This document shows, in pieces, positions 1 through 8,625 of a DNA stretch of 31,309 nucleotides. The DNA is from Acidimicrobiia bacterium. GTDB lineage: Bacteria; Actinomycetota; Acidimicrobiia; Spongiisociales; ZC4RG35. Where the stretch lies: NCBI GenBank assembly GCA_036446715.1, contig JAZFTN010000196.1, positions 1 through 31,309 on the forward strand, written 5' to 3'. The notes under the pieces were generated by a model that was not told the origin of the DNA, did no database searches, and worked only from the letters and a program-made list of their open reading frames with translations. The position numbers and the translations under genes are program-made. The first letter of the stretch is position 1, and each line of letters begins with the position of its first letter.

Positions 1-19
1 ACCTTGGCGGAGGCGCCTG

Positions 20-307
20 ATGGATTGTGCCTTCTGCGACTACGAGGGCCCTCGCCCCGAGGTTCACGCCCACCTCACCGATACCCACGGCGACGAGGTG
101 CGCACATGGCAGACCGAAGGCTCGGGCCGGCGCTACTTCGAGTTGGCCTGCCCCGATTGTGATGATTCCTTTCGGCACCAGGTAAAGCCGCGATCACGTG
201 ATCCCAACTTCTTGGATGAATACTCTCGGGAGATCAGGATCGTGGCCTTTGACCAGTTCCTGTATCACCGTCAAATAGAGCACGAGGAGGAGTCGGAAAG
301 TGGCTGA
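20..307 (+). CDS. Small protein with two C2H2-like zinc-binding sites, coupled to the lipoyl-carrier operon
   Basis: CAFC-x11-H-x4-H and CPDC...H-x4-H. GGAGG at 9-13, 6 nt before the ATG. A TGA at 18-20 overlaps the ATG (TGATG), suggesting coupling to an upstream gene outside the window. Overlaps the next start by 8 nt. Confidence 0.75.
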   Translation: MDCAFCDYEGPRPEVHAHLTDTHGDEVRTWQTEGSGRRYFELACPDCDDSFRHQVKPRSRDPNFLDEYSREIRIVAFDQFLYHRQIEHEEESESG

Positions 308-740
308 AGTCAATGGGTGCAACATCCCCGAAGATAGGTACTACTGGCCGGAGAAACATGTCTGGGTGTCTGTCGACGAGGGCGGTGTGGCCACCGTAGG
401 CGTTACCGACGTCGCTCAGTTCCTGGCGAAGAAGATCATCTCGGCTCTGCCCAAGAAGGCCGGACGCGCCACCAAGAAGGGGAGAAGCCTGGGGACGATC
501 GAAAGCGGAAAGTGGGTCGGCCCTGTGACGTCACCTCTGACCGGGGAGATCATCGAGACCAACCCCGCTCTCAGCTCCGACCCGAGCATCATCAACCAGG
601 ACCCTTACGGAGATGGCTGGTTCGTCCGGCTTCAGCCCTCTGATTGGGAGGGTGAATCGGTGGATCTGGCCACCGGCTCGGAAGGCGTTGAGGCTTATCG
701 GGCCTTTCTCGATGAGGAGGGGATTTCCTGTCTGGACTGA
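300..740 (+). CDS. lbpA: Lipoate-binding protein LbpA (GcvH-like)
   Basis: GcvH fold with lipoyl-Lys motif TIESGKWVGPVTSPLTGEI. N-terminal GC (GCNIPEDRYY) and C-terminal Cys (GISC) are typical of sulfur-oxidiser LbpA rather than GcvH. Confidence 0.85.
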   Translation: MAEVNGCNIPEDRYYWPEKHVWVSVDEGGVATVGVTDVAQFLAKKIISALPKKAGRATKKGRSLGTIESGKWVGPVTSPLTGEIIETNPALSSDPSIINQDPYGDGWFVRLQPSDWEGESVDLATGSEGVEAYRAFLDEEGISCLD

Positions 741-1183
741 GCTATAGGGGTTGTCATGTGCCCCCCGACCGCTGGTATGACCTCGAGGGTGACCTTTGGG
801 TCAAGTTCGAGGATGAACTGGTGCGTCTGGGCATGACCGACGTCGCCCAGACCAGGATGGGGCGAATGGTCTCGATACTGATCAAAAAGCCCGGTCGGCA
901 TGTCAAGACCGGAGGCTCGGTTGCCACCGTCGAGAGTGCAAAATGGGTCGGCCCCATACACACACCCTTCTCGGGCGAGGTGGTCGAGACCAATACGGCA
1001 ACCTTCTCTGAGGACATCCTCATCGCCAATCGCGATCCCTACGAAGCGGGATGGATCACATTGATCCGACCCGACGACCCCACCTCTCCTCATCGCCCGC
1101 TTCTTCAGGGCGAGGAAGCTTTCGACGCCTACATGGCGCGAATCGATGAGCTCGATGTCAGCTGTTTTCGGTGTGAGGACTGA
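728..1183 (+). CDS. lbpA: Second LbpA-type lipoate-binding protein; start probably a CTG (728 or 737) upstream of the ORF-track GTG at 758
   Basis: Motif TVESAKWVGPIHTPFSGEVV; C-terminus VSCFRCED. The frame is open from 716 and encodes ...SYRGCHVPPDRWYD, restoring the conserved GC. GAGGAGG at 714-720 lies 7 nt before CTG 728. Confidence 0.8.
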   Translation: MSGLSYRGCHVPPDRWYDLEGDLWVKFEDELVRLGMTDVAQTRMGRMVSILIKKPGRHVKTGGSVATVESAKWVGPIHTPFSGEVVETNTATFSEDILIANRDPYEAGWITLIRPDDPTSPHRPLLQGEEAFDAYMARIDELDVSCFRCED

Positions 1184-1184
1184 C

Positions 1185-2108
1185 ATGACTGGTGAGTCGA
1201 CGCTCCGAGTCATCGACTTCGGTCGGGTGAGCGGTTTGCGTTCTCAGACGCTGTGGCACGCCATTGCCCATGGTGTGTCGTCAGGCGCCCCACCCACACT
1301 GTCCTTCATGCAGCCCGGCGACCCCTACGTCTCCATCGGCTATCACCGAAGCATCAGCGAGCTCAACCCCCACAACGAGCTGCCGGTATATCGCCGTATG
1401 GTCGGCGGCGGCCCCGTATATGTCGACGATGGCCAATACTTCTTCCAGATCGTGGTCCCGTTGGCAATGGCCCCCGCACGCCGGGGCGATGCGATCAGGG
1501 CTCTTCTCGAGCCGGCAGTCGAAGCCTTCAACGATGTCGGCATATCTGCCTCGCTCGACGAGAGAAATGAGGTCGTTCTAGGCGATCGCAAGATCTGTGG
1601 CCACGCTGCCGGCCAGATTTCCGGGTCGGTGGTTGTCGTCGGCAATCTGATCACCCGTTTCGATCACGGTGCGGCAGCGTCGATCGTCAGGGCGCCAAGT
1701 GATGTGGCCCGTGACGAGTTTCTCGCCCAGATGAAACGCTATGTCCTGGCCACGCCTGCCGATCCGGGGCTCTTTCTCGAAGCTGCCGGCCGCCGGTATG
1801 GCGAGAAGTTGGGGCTTGCCCCTGAGCCGGGGACGCTCACGGATGAGGAACAGGCTCAACTCAACATTTTCGACACCCTTTTTGTCGATCCAGAATGGGT
1901 CGATGCGTCGCCGGCACGTGAGAACGGGATGTGGAGAGCCAAGGTCAAGTCCGGGGTCTGGGTGGGCTCGGCCGCATCCGACGGCCACCGGGTGACCGCA
2001 AGTTTTTACGACGACGAAATCAAAGAGGTTCGGGTCGAGGGCCCCGACGAGACCTTCGAGGAGATGGACCAATTGCTGGCTGCTCTAGCAGCCGACCCGC
2101 CGATCTAG
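1185..2108 (+). CDS. Lipoate-protein ligase family protein (sLpl(AB)-like, short C-terminal domain)
   Basis: SIGYHR, RRMVGGGPVYVDDGQYFFQ, RKICGHAAG. ATG at 1185 lies just after the lbpA stop and fits better than 1146. Confidence 0.85.
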   Translation: MTGESTLRVIDFGRVSGLRSQTLWHAIAHGVSSGAPPTLSFMQPGDPYVSIGYHRSISELNPHNELPVYRRMVGGGPVYVDDGQYFFQIVVPLAMAPARRGDAIRALLEPAVEAFNDVGISASLDERNEVVLGDRKICGHAAGQISGSVVVVGNLITRFDHGAAASIVRAPSDVARDEFLAQMKRYVLATPADPGLFLEAAGRRYGEKLGLAPEPGTLTDEEQAQLNIFDTLFVDPEWVDASPARENGMWRAKVKSGVWVGSAASDGHRVTASFYDDEIKEVRVEGPDETFEEMDQLLAALAADPPI

Positions 2109-2124
2109 TGTCGAGAGGAACGAG

Positions 2125-2580
2125 ATGACTTCACAGATGATCAAAGGCTTCGAGGTCCGCATGGATCGTCTTTATGACCTCGTGCACCACATGTGGATAG
2201 ACCTCCTTGCTGACGAGCGTGTTCGCATCGGGATGGATTCCCTGGGTGTGGAGACCTCGGGGACGCTCGCCCATCTTTCAGCAGTTGGCGTCGGGACCGT
2301 CGTCTCCCAGGGAGAGCCCTTCGGGTCATTGGAGGCAGAGAAATATGTGGGGCCTCTGGTGGCTCCACTCTCGGGGACGATCGTCGCAGTGAACGATGAG
2401 GTGTTCTCCGACCCGGGGAGAGTGGAGTCCGATCCTTACGAATCGGGCTGGATGATCGAGATGGAGACAACCGACCTGGCAGCAGAACGGGGAGGGCTGA
2501 TCGAGGGCGAGGATGTCATCGCCACACGATTTGCCCAAAAGGTGACCGAGTACAGACTCGAGGGGGTGCTCGCCGAGTGA
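2125..2580 (+). CDS. Third GcvH-like lipoyl carrier, lacking Cys
   Basis: HHMWI, RVRIGMD, FGSLEAEKYVGPLVAPLSGTIVAVN, DPYESGWMIEM. GAGAGGA RBS upstream. Confidence 0.85.
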   Translation: MTSQMIKGFEVRMDRLYDLVHHMWIDLLADERVRIGMDSLGVETSGTLAHLSAVGVGTVVSQGEPFGSLEAEKYVGPLVAPLSGTIVAVNDEVFSDPGRVESDPYESGWMIEMETTDLAAERGGLIEGEDVIATRFAQKVTEYRLEGVLAE

Positions 2581-3551
2581 CCCTCACACCGACCCGCGAC
2601 TCGTTCGAGATTCGTCGTGAGAATTTCGATGACGTTATCGAATTCTATGCGCCCGGGCTCAAGCGATGGGAGACGAGCGAATGGAAGCCGACCAACGCCC
2701 GCAGATTCCTCCCCATCTCGGTAACCGGCGACGCTTGCGCTCTTCAGTGCGACCACTGTCAGGCCAATGTGCTCAAAGGGATGATCTCGGCCAAGGCAGG
2801 AAAGGATCTGTATGAGATCGCCCATCGGCTTTGGGAAAGTGGGACCGACGGAATTCTGGTCTCGGGTGGCTCCAAAAGAGACGGTGGCGTACCCCTGAAC
2901 AAGCACATGGAGGCCATCGCCCGGATCAAACGGGACCTCCCCATGCGGATCATCGTCCACACCGGGGTTGTCTACCCCGATGTCGCCGAGGGTCTCGCCG
3001 CTGCGGGGGTCGACGGTGTGATGCTCGACATCATGGGTGCCGATGAGACCATCCGCGACGTTTACCACCTCGATCTGACCACCGCCGACTTCGACCGATC
3101 CCTGGCACTACTTGCCGCGCAGGACCTGACGATCATCCCCCACATCGTCATCGGTCTCCACTTTGGGAAGTTTCTCGGTGAGCACACCGCGCTGGAGATG
3201 ATCGCCAAGTACCCGGTTTCGACTCTGATCCTGGTGGTGCTGATGCCGCTCACAGGAACGCCGATGGCAGGTGTCGCTCCGCCACCGGTCTCCGAGGTCA
3301 CCGAGTTCTTCGCTCTTTCTCGAGAGACGATGCCTGACACCAAGATCAACCTCGGCTGTGGTCGGCCCATGGGGGAGATGAAGAAGGAGCTCGACTGGGG
3401 AGCAATCGACAACGGGTTCAACGGCATCGCCTACCCGGCCGAAGGAGCCATCACCTACGCCCAATCCCGGGGCTTGACCCCGAAGTTGTACGAGTACTGC
3501 TGCTCACTCACATGGGCCGGAGATGGGTACCAGGAGGTCTCGATCGCATGA
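2577..3551 (+). CDS. lipS1: Radical SAM lipoyl synthase component LipS1
   Basis: CALQCDHC (Cx3Cx2C), plus NLGCGRP and C-terminal YCCS, matching the GCxR and CC motifs I recall for Thermococcus LipS1. GTGA overlap with the previous gene. Confidence 0.8.
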   Translation: MTLTPTRDSFEIRRENFDDVIEFYAPGLKRWETSEWKPTNARRFLPISVTGDACALQCDHCQANVLKGMISAKAGKDLYEIAHRLWESGTDGILVSGGSKRDGGVPLNKHMEAIARIKRDLPMRIIVHTGVVYPDVAEGLAAAGVDGVMLDIMGADETIRDVYHLDLTTADFDRSLALLAAQDLTIIPHIVIGLHFGKFLGEHTALEMIAKYPVSTLILVVLMPLTGTPMAGVAPPPVSEVTEFFALSRETMPDTKINLGCGRPMGEMKKELDWGAIDNGFNGIAYPAEGAITYAQSRGLTPKLYEYCCSLTWAGDGYQEVSIA

Positions 3552-4675
3552 GCTGGCGATATCTGATGGATGACTCGGTGGGTGGCGCCGAAGGTCTTGC
3601 TTTGGATGAAGCCCTGGCGGCGAGTCACACCCGCGATGGGGATCCGACTCCAATCACGCTGCGGCTCTACACCTACCGCGATCATGTCGCCCTTTGCGGT
3701 CGTTTCCAGCATCTCGAAGCCGAGATCGATGTCAATGCCTGTCGGCAAACGGGGACCGAGTTCAATCGTCGCCCCACCGGGGGTGGCGCCATCGTCATGG
3801 GCGAGGGTCAGTTGGGTGTTGCCCTGTGCGCACCTGCGCCGGTCGAGCAGAGCCCGAAGGCGATCCTCCTCGAATACTCCGAGGGAATCGTTGCCGGCCT
3901 CGCCCGAATCGGAGTCGAAGCGTCGTTCGGCGGCAAGAACGACCTGAAGGTCGATGGTCGCAAGATCGCCGGTCTCGGTCTCTTTCTCGACGGGAACGGC
4001 GGGCTCCTCTTTCACTCCAGCATTCTCGCCGACCTCGATACGCGGTTCATGCTCGACGTTCTCGATATCCCCGTTGCCAAGCTGGGCGACGCCGCCGTTG
4101 ACGCCGTAGAGCGCCGTGTCACAACTGTGACCCGGGAGACCGGTCGGGAGTGGACCGGTAAGTCGCTTCGTGACGTGATAGTAGAGGGTTTCGCCGAGGC
4201 GATGGGAGTTGAGATGGCCGACCGCCAGCCCACCGATTTGGAGTCGGAGCGAGCCGCCGGGCTCCTCGAGTCGAAGTACCAGACCGATGATTGGATTTTC
4301 CAGCGAAGCCCGACGTCCGATTCCACCGGGAGCGCCATGATCAAGACTCCCGGGGGTTTGGTCAGGGTCTATCTGGCCATGAGTGGAGACACCGTCAAGA
4401 GCGCCCTTTTCGCGGGGGATTTCAACCAACTTCCAGCGGCTCTGTCGGAGTTCGAGAGCCGGCTCAAGTGGTCACGTCTCGATGAGCAGGCGCTGGATCG
4501 TCTGGCCGCCGACGCGATGCCTGACGGTTCCGGTCTCGGTGTGGACAACGCAGATCTCGTGAAGGTGGTCCTTGATGCCGGGCGTCGGGCGAAGGCGGTA
4601 GCGGTTGCCGCTCTGTCCCGTAGCGGGTCGTGCTATTTCCCCGAATCAAGAGACGGAGGAGAGGAATCTCGATGA
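3548..4675 (+). CDS. lplA: Lipoate-protein ligase A with C-terminal domain
   Basis: LRLYTY, RRPTGGGAI, KNDLKVDGRKIAGLG, FHSSIL, then a KTPGGLVRV-type C-terminal domain. ATGA overlaps at both ends. Confidence 0.88.
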   Translation: MSWRYLMDDSVGGAEGLALDEALAASHTRDGDPTPITLRLYTYRDHVALCGRFQHLEAEIDVNACRQTGTEFNRRPTGGGAIVMGEGQLGVALCAPAPVEQSPKAILLEYSEGIVAGLARIGVEASFGGKNDLKVDGRKIAGLGLFLDGNGGLLFHSSILADLDTRFMLDVLDIPVAKLGDAAVDAVERRVTTVTRETGREWTGKSLRDVIVEGFAEAMGVEMADRQPTDLESERAAGLLESKYQTDDWIFQRSPTSDSTGSAMIKTPGGLVRVYLAMSGDTVKSALFAGDFNQLPAALSEFESRLKWSRLDEQALDRLAADAMPDGSGLGVDNADLVKVVLDAGRRAKAVAVAALSRSGSCYFPESRDGGEESR

Positions 4676-5781
4676 CCACCCTCGAACAAAGAAACCTCCT
4701 TCCTCTCGCGGAGGCCGAGGAGAAGCGCGTAAGCCCCGACTGGGTCCGGATTTCAATGGCCAGTGCCTTTGCTCTGAGGATGAAGTCCGGCAAGTTCACC
4801 CGCCCATTCGACTTCGGCGGGATCAATCTCCTGCTCAATTACACGTCGGGTTGTCGCTCGGACTGCTCTTACTGTGGTCTGGCCAGGACCAGGCCCGGTG
4901 ACTACGAGGACAAATCCTTCATCAGAGTGGAATGGCCTCTGGTCGAGACAGATGAGTTGATCGACCGGATGGCCCGGTATGAGGACAAGCTCACCCGCCT
5001 GTGCATCTCCATGGTCACTCACGGTCGGGCGTTCCCCGACACCGTGGAGATCACCAAGCGGATAAGGGCAAAGGTGGACACACCACTGTCGATTCTGGTG
5101 GCGCCTCCGACTCTGAACAGGGGTCGTCTCGAGGCGTTCAAAGATGCAGGGGTGGACATGATCGGCATCGGGCTCGACGCGGTCACCGAGGACTTGTTCC
5201 GCACCCACCGCACCGACGTTCCTTCGGGGGGCGGGTTGAGTTGGGAGAAGTATTGGGAAGTCGTGAACGACTCCCGCGACTTGTTTGGGCCGTGGAAGGT
5301 GAACTGCCACACACTGGTCGGGCTGGGGGAGACCGACGAGGACATGATCGACATGTTCACCCGTCTCACCGAGCGACAGGTCTTCTCCTACCTGTTCTGC
5401 TTCAACCCCGAGCCCGATTCACGTCTTGGTGACCGGGAAAAGGCCCCCTTGCATCGATGGCGTCGCATCCAGCTGGCCCGGTTCCTGATCGAAGACGAGG
5501 GTTTCGTCAGAGACCGTTTCGAGTTCGATTTGGAAGGGAGCATGACCCGCATCCACGGGATTGAGTCCGTGGACGAAGATCTCGTGGAGAAGGCCATCGG
5601 CACTGGCATCCCGTTCATGACCAACGGGTGTCCCGGCCCGGAGGGTGAGCCCGGATGCACCAGGCCTTTTGGCTCTTACTCCCCGTCCGAGCCGATACGG
5701 GACTATCCATGGCTCCCGACGGAGAGCGATCTGACCCAGATCCGTGACGAGATGCGGCTCTGGGAGGTGTACTCCACATAG
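4672..5781 (+). CDS. lipS2: Radical SAM lipoyl synthase component LipS2
   Basis: GCRSDCSYCGL (Cx3Cx2C) and C-terminal TNGCPGPEGEPGCTRP, matching the TxGCP...C.RP motif I recall for LipS2. ATG 4672 overlaps the previous stop. Confidence 0.8.
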   Translation: MTTLEQRNLLPLAEAEEKRVSPDWVRISMASAFALRMKSGKFTRPFDFGGINLLLNYTSGCRSDCSYCGLARTRPGDYEDKSFIRVEWPLVETDELIDRMARYEDKLTRLCISMVTHGRAFPDTVEITKRIRAKVDTPLSILVAPPTLNRGRLEAFKDAGVDMIGIGLDAVTEDLFRTHRTDVPSGGGLSWEKYWEVVNDSRDLFGPWKVNCHTLVGLGETDEDMIDMFTRLTERQVFSYLFCFNPEPDSRLGDREKAPLHRWRRIQLARFLIEDEGFVRDRFEFDLEGSMTRIHGIESVDEDLVEKAIGTGIPFMTNGCPGPEGEPGCTRPFGSYSPSEPIRDYPWLPTESDLTQIRDEMRLWEVYST

Positions 5782-5789
5782 GAGCAGTC

Positions 5790-6647
5790 ATGAGCAGTGA
5801 GTTCATCGATGTCAACGGGATCAGTCTGCACTACATCGATCATGGTGGTAGAGGACCGATCCTCGTGATGACCCATGGGTTGACTGCCAACGCTCACAGC
5901 TTCGACGGATTGGCGAAGGCACTCGGCGACGACGTCCGGCTCATCGCGGTGGATCTGCGGGGACGCGGGCTGAGTGACAAGCCGGATACCGGTTATTCAA
6001 TGGAGGGCCACGCAGCCGACGTCCTCGGGCTCCTTGATCATTTGGGGCTTGACCGGGCGTTCATCGGCGGACACTCGTTCGGCGGGCTTCTCACCTATCA
6101 CATAGCCGCCCATCACCCGGAGCGTGTCAGGCGCTGCGTTGTCATGGATGCGCCGATCGACGTGGATGAGGCGATCCTGGAGCAGATCAAGCCGGCGCTG
6201 GATCGACTCGGTCGGGTTCTTCCGTCATGGGATGCCTATCTGGCCGCGGTCAAAGAGCAGCCGTATTACGACGGCTGGTGGGATCCCCAGATCGAGAGCT
6301 ACTACCGCGCCGACATCCAGGAGAACAAAGACGGGACGGTCCAGTCACGCTCCAATCCGGCTCACATCACCGAAGCCATCACGAGGGCGATCGGGATCCC
6401 CTGGAGCGAGTATCTCGGCCGTATCGAGGTCCCGTTGCTGTTGATACGCGCGACACGGCCGTACGGGCCACCTGGATATCCGCCACTGCTTTCCGCCCAC
6501 CAGGCTCAGATCGTGCTGGCGGCTCTTCCCGATGGGAGATTGATCGAGATCGATGGGAACCACATGACCTTTCTCTTCGGCGAGGAGATAAGACAGTCAG
6601 CCAGGGAAATAGTGAAGTTTCTCAACGAGGCGCCATCTCTGAACTGA
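5790..6647 (+). CDS. Alpha/beta hydrolase
   Basis: HGLTAN oxyanion motif, DLRGRGLSDKP, nucleophile elbow GHSFGG, catalytic His in GNHM. AGGAG RBS. Confidence 0.9.
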   Translation: MSSEFIDVNGISLHYIDHGGRGPILVMTHGLTANAHSFDGLAKALGDDVRLIAVDLRGRGLSDKPDTGYSMEGHAADVLGLLDHLGLDRAFIGGHSFGGLLTYHIAAHHPERVRRCVVMDAPIDVDEAILEQIKPALDRLGRVLPSWDAYLAAVKEQPYYDGWWDPQIESYYRADIQENKDGTVQSRSNPAHITEAITRAIGIPWSEYLGRIEVPLLLIRATRPYGPPGYPPLLSAHQAQIVLAALPDGRLIEIDGNHMTFLFGEEIRQSAREIVKFLNEAPSLN

Positions 6648-6682
6648 AGGCATTTTCGGCGGTCATCCATCGATGAACCGAA

Positions 6683-7267
6683 TCAGGGTTGTTCGCCTGG
6701 CCGGTCGGCTAACCGTGCGTTGCTTGCTGCCGCTTCCAGATTGGCTTTGATCCACTCAGGGTCTAGAGGCACGGGCTCGAAGGTGTCTTTGGTCCACATG
6801 ATCCTCGGTGTGGTGAAGAACTCGCCTCCGTATACATGAATCGTGCCGGTCCAATCCCGGGTCGGGTTTCTCACCGAATGGACCACTTCCGAGCCGAGAG
6901 CGACCACGTCGTTCTCGAGAAGGGTCTTGCCGGTATGGGGCTCGATGCGTCCATCCTGAAGATGGCGGTAGAACTGGTTGTCTTCCGGTCCGCCGTAGAC
7001 GCCGATGATCGCCCACATGTTGTGGTCGTGGGCGAACAAGTCCGCGTTGGGCGGCCACACGATATGAAGGACGGTGAGTTCGTCCGACCGATGCCAGATC
7101 GTCATCATCGGACTCTCAGACCACGGGCGAACCTCGGCTTCTATTGCCGCAGGTGTTGAGGCAGCAAGGTCAACGATGTCTCGAACCGCACTATGTGCCC
7201 CTTCCCCGGACCGCACCGCAGCCAGGCAGTCGGCAACCAACAGATCCTTGGCGAACGTGACCCTCAC
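6683..7267 (-). CDS. Cysteine/thiol dioxygenase-like cupin
   Basis: AHDHNMWAIIGVYGGPEDNQFY, VHSVRNP, IHVYGG give a 3-His cupin site. GAGGAGA RBS 6 nt before GTG 7267. Confidence 0.75.
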   Translation of the reverse strand: MRVTFAKDLLVADCLAAVRSGEGAHSAVRDIVDLAASTPAAIEAEVRPWSESPMMTIWHRSDELTVLHIVWPPNADLFAHDHNMWAIIGVYGGPEDNQFYRHLQDGRIEPHTGKTLLENDVVALGSEVVHSVRNPTRDWTGTIHVYGGEFFTTPRIMWTKDTFEPVPLDPEWIKANLEAAASNARLADRPGEQP

Positions 7268-7372
7268 AAGTTGTCTCCTCGCACAGGACAACGGTTGGGC
7301 ATGTACCGCCTACATCCGCTTCGGAGAGCGTCAGTGGCGGCTAGGAAATCAGTGAATGTCCGGTCTCGGCGG

Positions 7373-7402
7373 TTGACGGAATTACCACTACCGAAATAGG
7401 GT
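7373..7402 (+). promoter_or_regulatory. Candidate housekeeping sigma promoter for the ATP-grasp gene
   Basis: TTGACG-N18-TAGGGT ending 33 nt before ATG 7436. Confidence 0.45.
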
Positions 7403-7435
7403 TGTTTCATTGACCGAGCTCGGAAAGGCCTCCCT

Positions 7436-8362
7436 ATGTCAATTGCCATCTTCCACGAGCACCCCAAATGGAACGCGCCGCTGTTTGGCGAATTGGATCG
7501 ACGTGGTCTCAAATGGTCCTCGATCGACGCATCCGGCCTCGACTTCGATCCAACGCTGGTTGATGATTGGGAGGTCTTGGTCAATCGCATGAGTCCTTCG
7601 GCGTGGACGAGGGGTCACCTTGCTGCGATGCTCCAGACCCCGGAGTTTCTGCATAACGTCGAGTCGGCCGGAATTCCTGTCATCAACGGCTCGAAGTCAT
7701 TTGAGTTCGAGCTGTCGAAGAGGAAGCAGTTGGACTTGCTCAGATGTGAACGGGTGCGTCATCCCGAGGGGCGCCCTGTCTTGAACACAGGCGAGATCCT
7801 CGGGGCAGCCATCGACCTGACTTTCCCGGTTTTGGTTAAGCCCAACGTTGGTGGCAGCGGTGCTGGGATCACCGAGCATCAGACGATGCAGGAGCTATCC
7901 GCAGCGGTGGAGGCAGGGCTGCTCGATGATCTCGGCCCCGATGGCACGGGCCTGGTACAGGAGAAGCTCCCAGCCCGAGCTGACTCGATAGTGAGAGTCG
8001 AGATCCTCGGAGGGAAGTTCCTTTACGCGATAAAGCTGCAATTGCAACCCGGCTCGTTCAACCTGTGTCCGGCCGACTACTGCGATCCAGCCCAGAGCAA
8101 CGCCGATGTGAGCGACCTGGTTAGCGGCTACGTGCCGCCGGCTCACCTTATCGAAGAGGCCGCCCGCATAATCGGGGCGACCGACGCCGATCTGGGTGGC
8201 GTGGAGTATCTGGTGAACGACCTCGATGGCGAGGCGTACTTCTACGACATCAACGCTCTATCGAACTTCGTGGCGGATGCGCCCAATGTGGTCGGTTTCG
8301 ACCCGTTTGTTCACTTGGTTGATTTCATTGAAGATCGTGCAAGGCGGCAAGTCCTGGTCTGA
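7436..8362 (+). CDS. ATP-grasp ligase (RimK/glutathione synthetase-like)
   Basis: VLVKPNVGGSGAGI, LVQEKLP, GGVEYL, FYDINALSNF; also FNLCPADYC. Confidence 0.85.
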   Translation: MSIAIFHEHPKWNAPLFGELDRRGLKWSSIDASGLDFDPTLVDDWEVLVNRMSPSAWTRGHLAAMLQTPEFLHNVESAGIPVINGSKSFEFELSKRKQLDLLRCERVRHPEGRPVLNTGEILGAAIDLTFPVLVKPNVGGSGAGITEHQTMQELSAAVEAGLLDDLGPDGTGLVQEKLPARADSIVRVEILGGKFLYAIKLQLQPGSFNLCPADYCDPAQSNADVSDLVSGYVPPAHLIEEAARIIGATDADLGGVEYLVNDLDGEAYFYDINALSNFVADAPNVVGFDPFVHLVDFIEDRARRQVLV

Positions 8363-8625
8363 TCCCCGCGTGCTGAATTCACCCGGGCCGGACTCTCTTC
8401 AGTTCCTGCCAACGGACCACCAACGCTGAGTGCCAGGCGGTCTCAGTCATAAATGACTGCTGAGTTGCGTCCACGGACGTGGTGTATGGGGGCTCCCATT
8501 TGAGGATGTTTCCCGTTAGGTAATCACCGCGTCAGCCTTACAGGTATGTGTAAGCGACCGTAAGGAGAACACGGTGATCAACCGGAGCATGGACGCATTG
8601 GTGTGGCCTCGCTTAGGGGTTTGGG

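Noticed and set aside
300-2580. Glycine cleavage system (gcvH genes)
   Set aside because: No gcvP or gcvT in the window; the lipoyl motifs and terminal Cys residues fit LbpA-type carriers.
3455-4429. Long antisense ORFs (also 2436-3068, 695-1213, 13976-14623, 22521-23108, 25574-26425, 26314-27072 and others)
   Set aside because: They are shadows of well-supported genes on the opposite strand, common in high-GC DNA, with no motifs of their own.
2577-5781. Biotin synthase or canonical LipA annotation for the radical SAM genes
   Set aside because: The LipA Cx4Cx5C motif is absent; motifs and context fit LipS1/LipS2.
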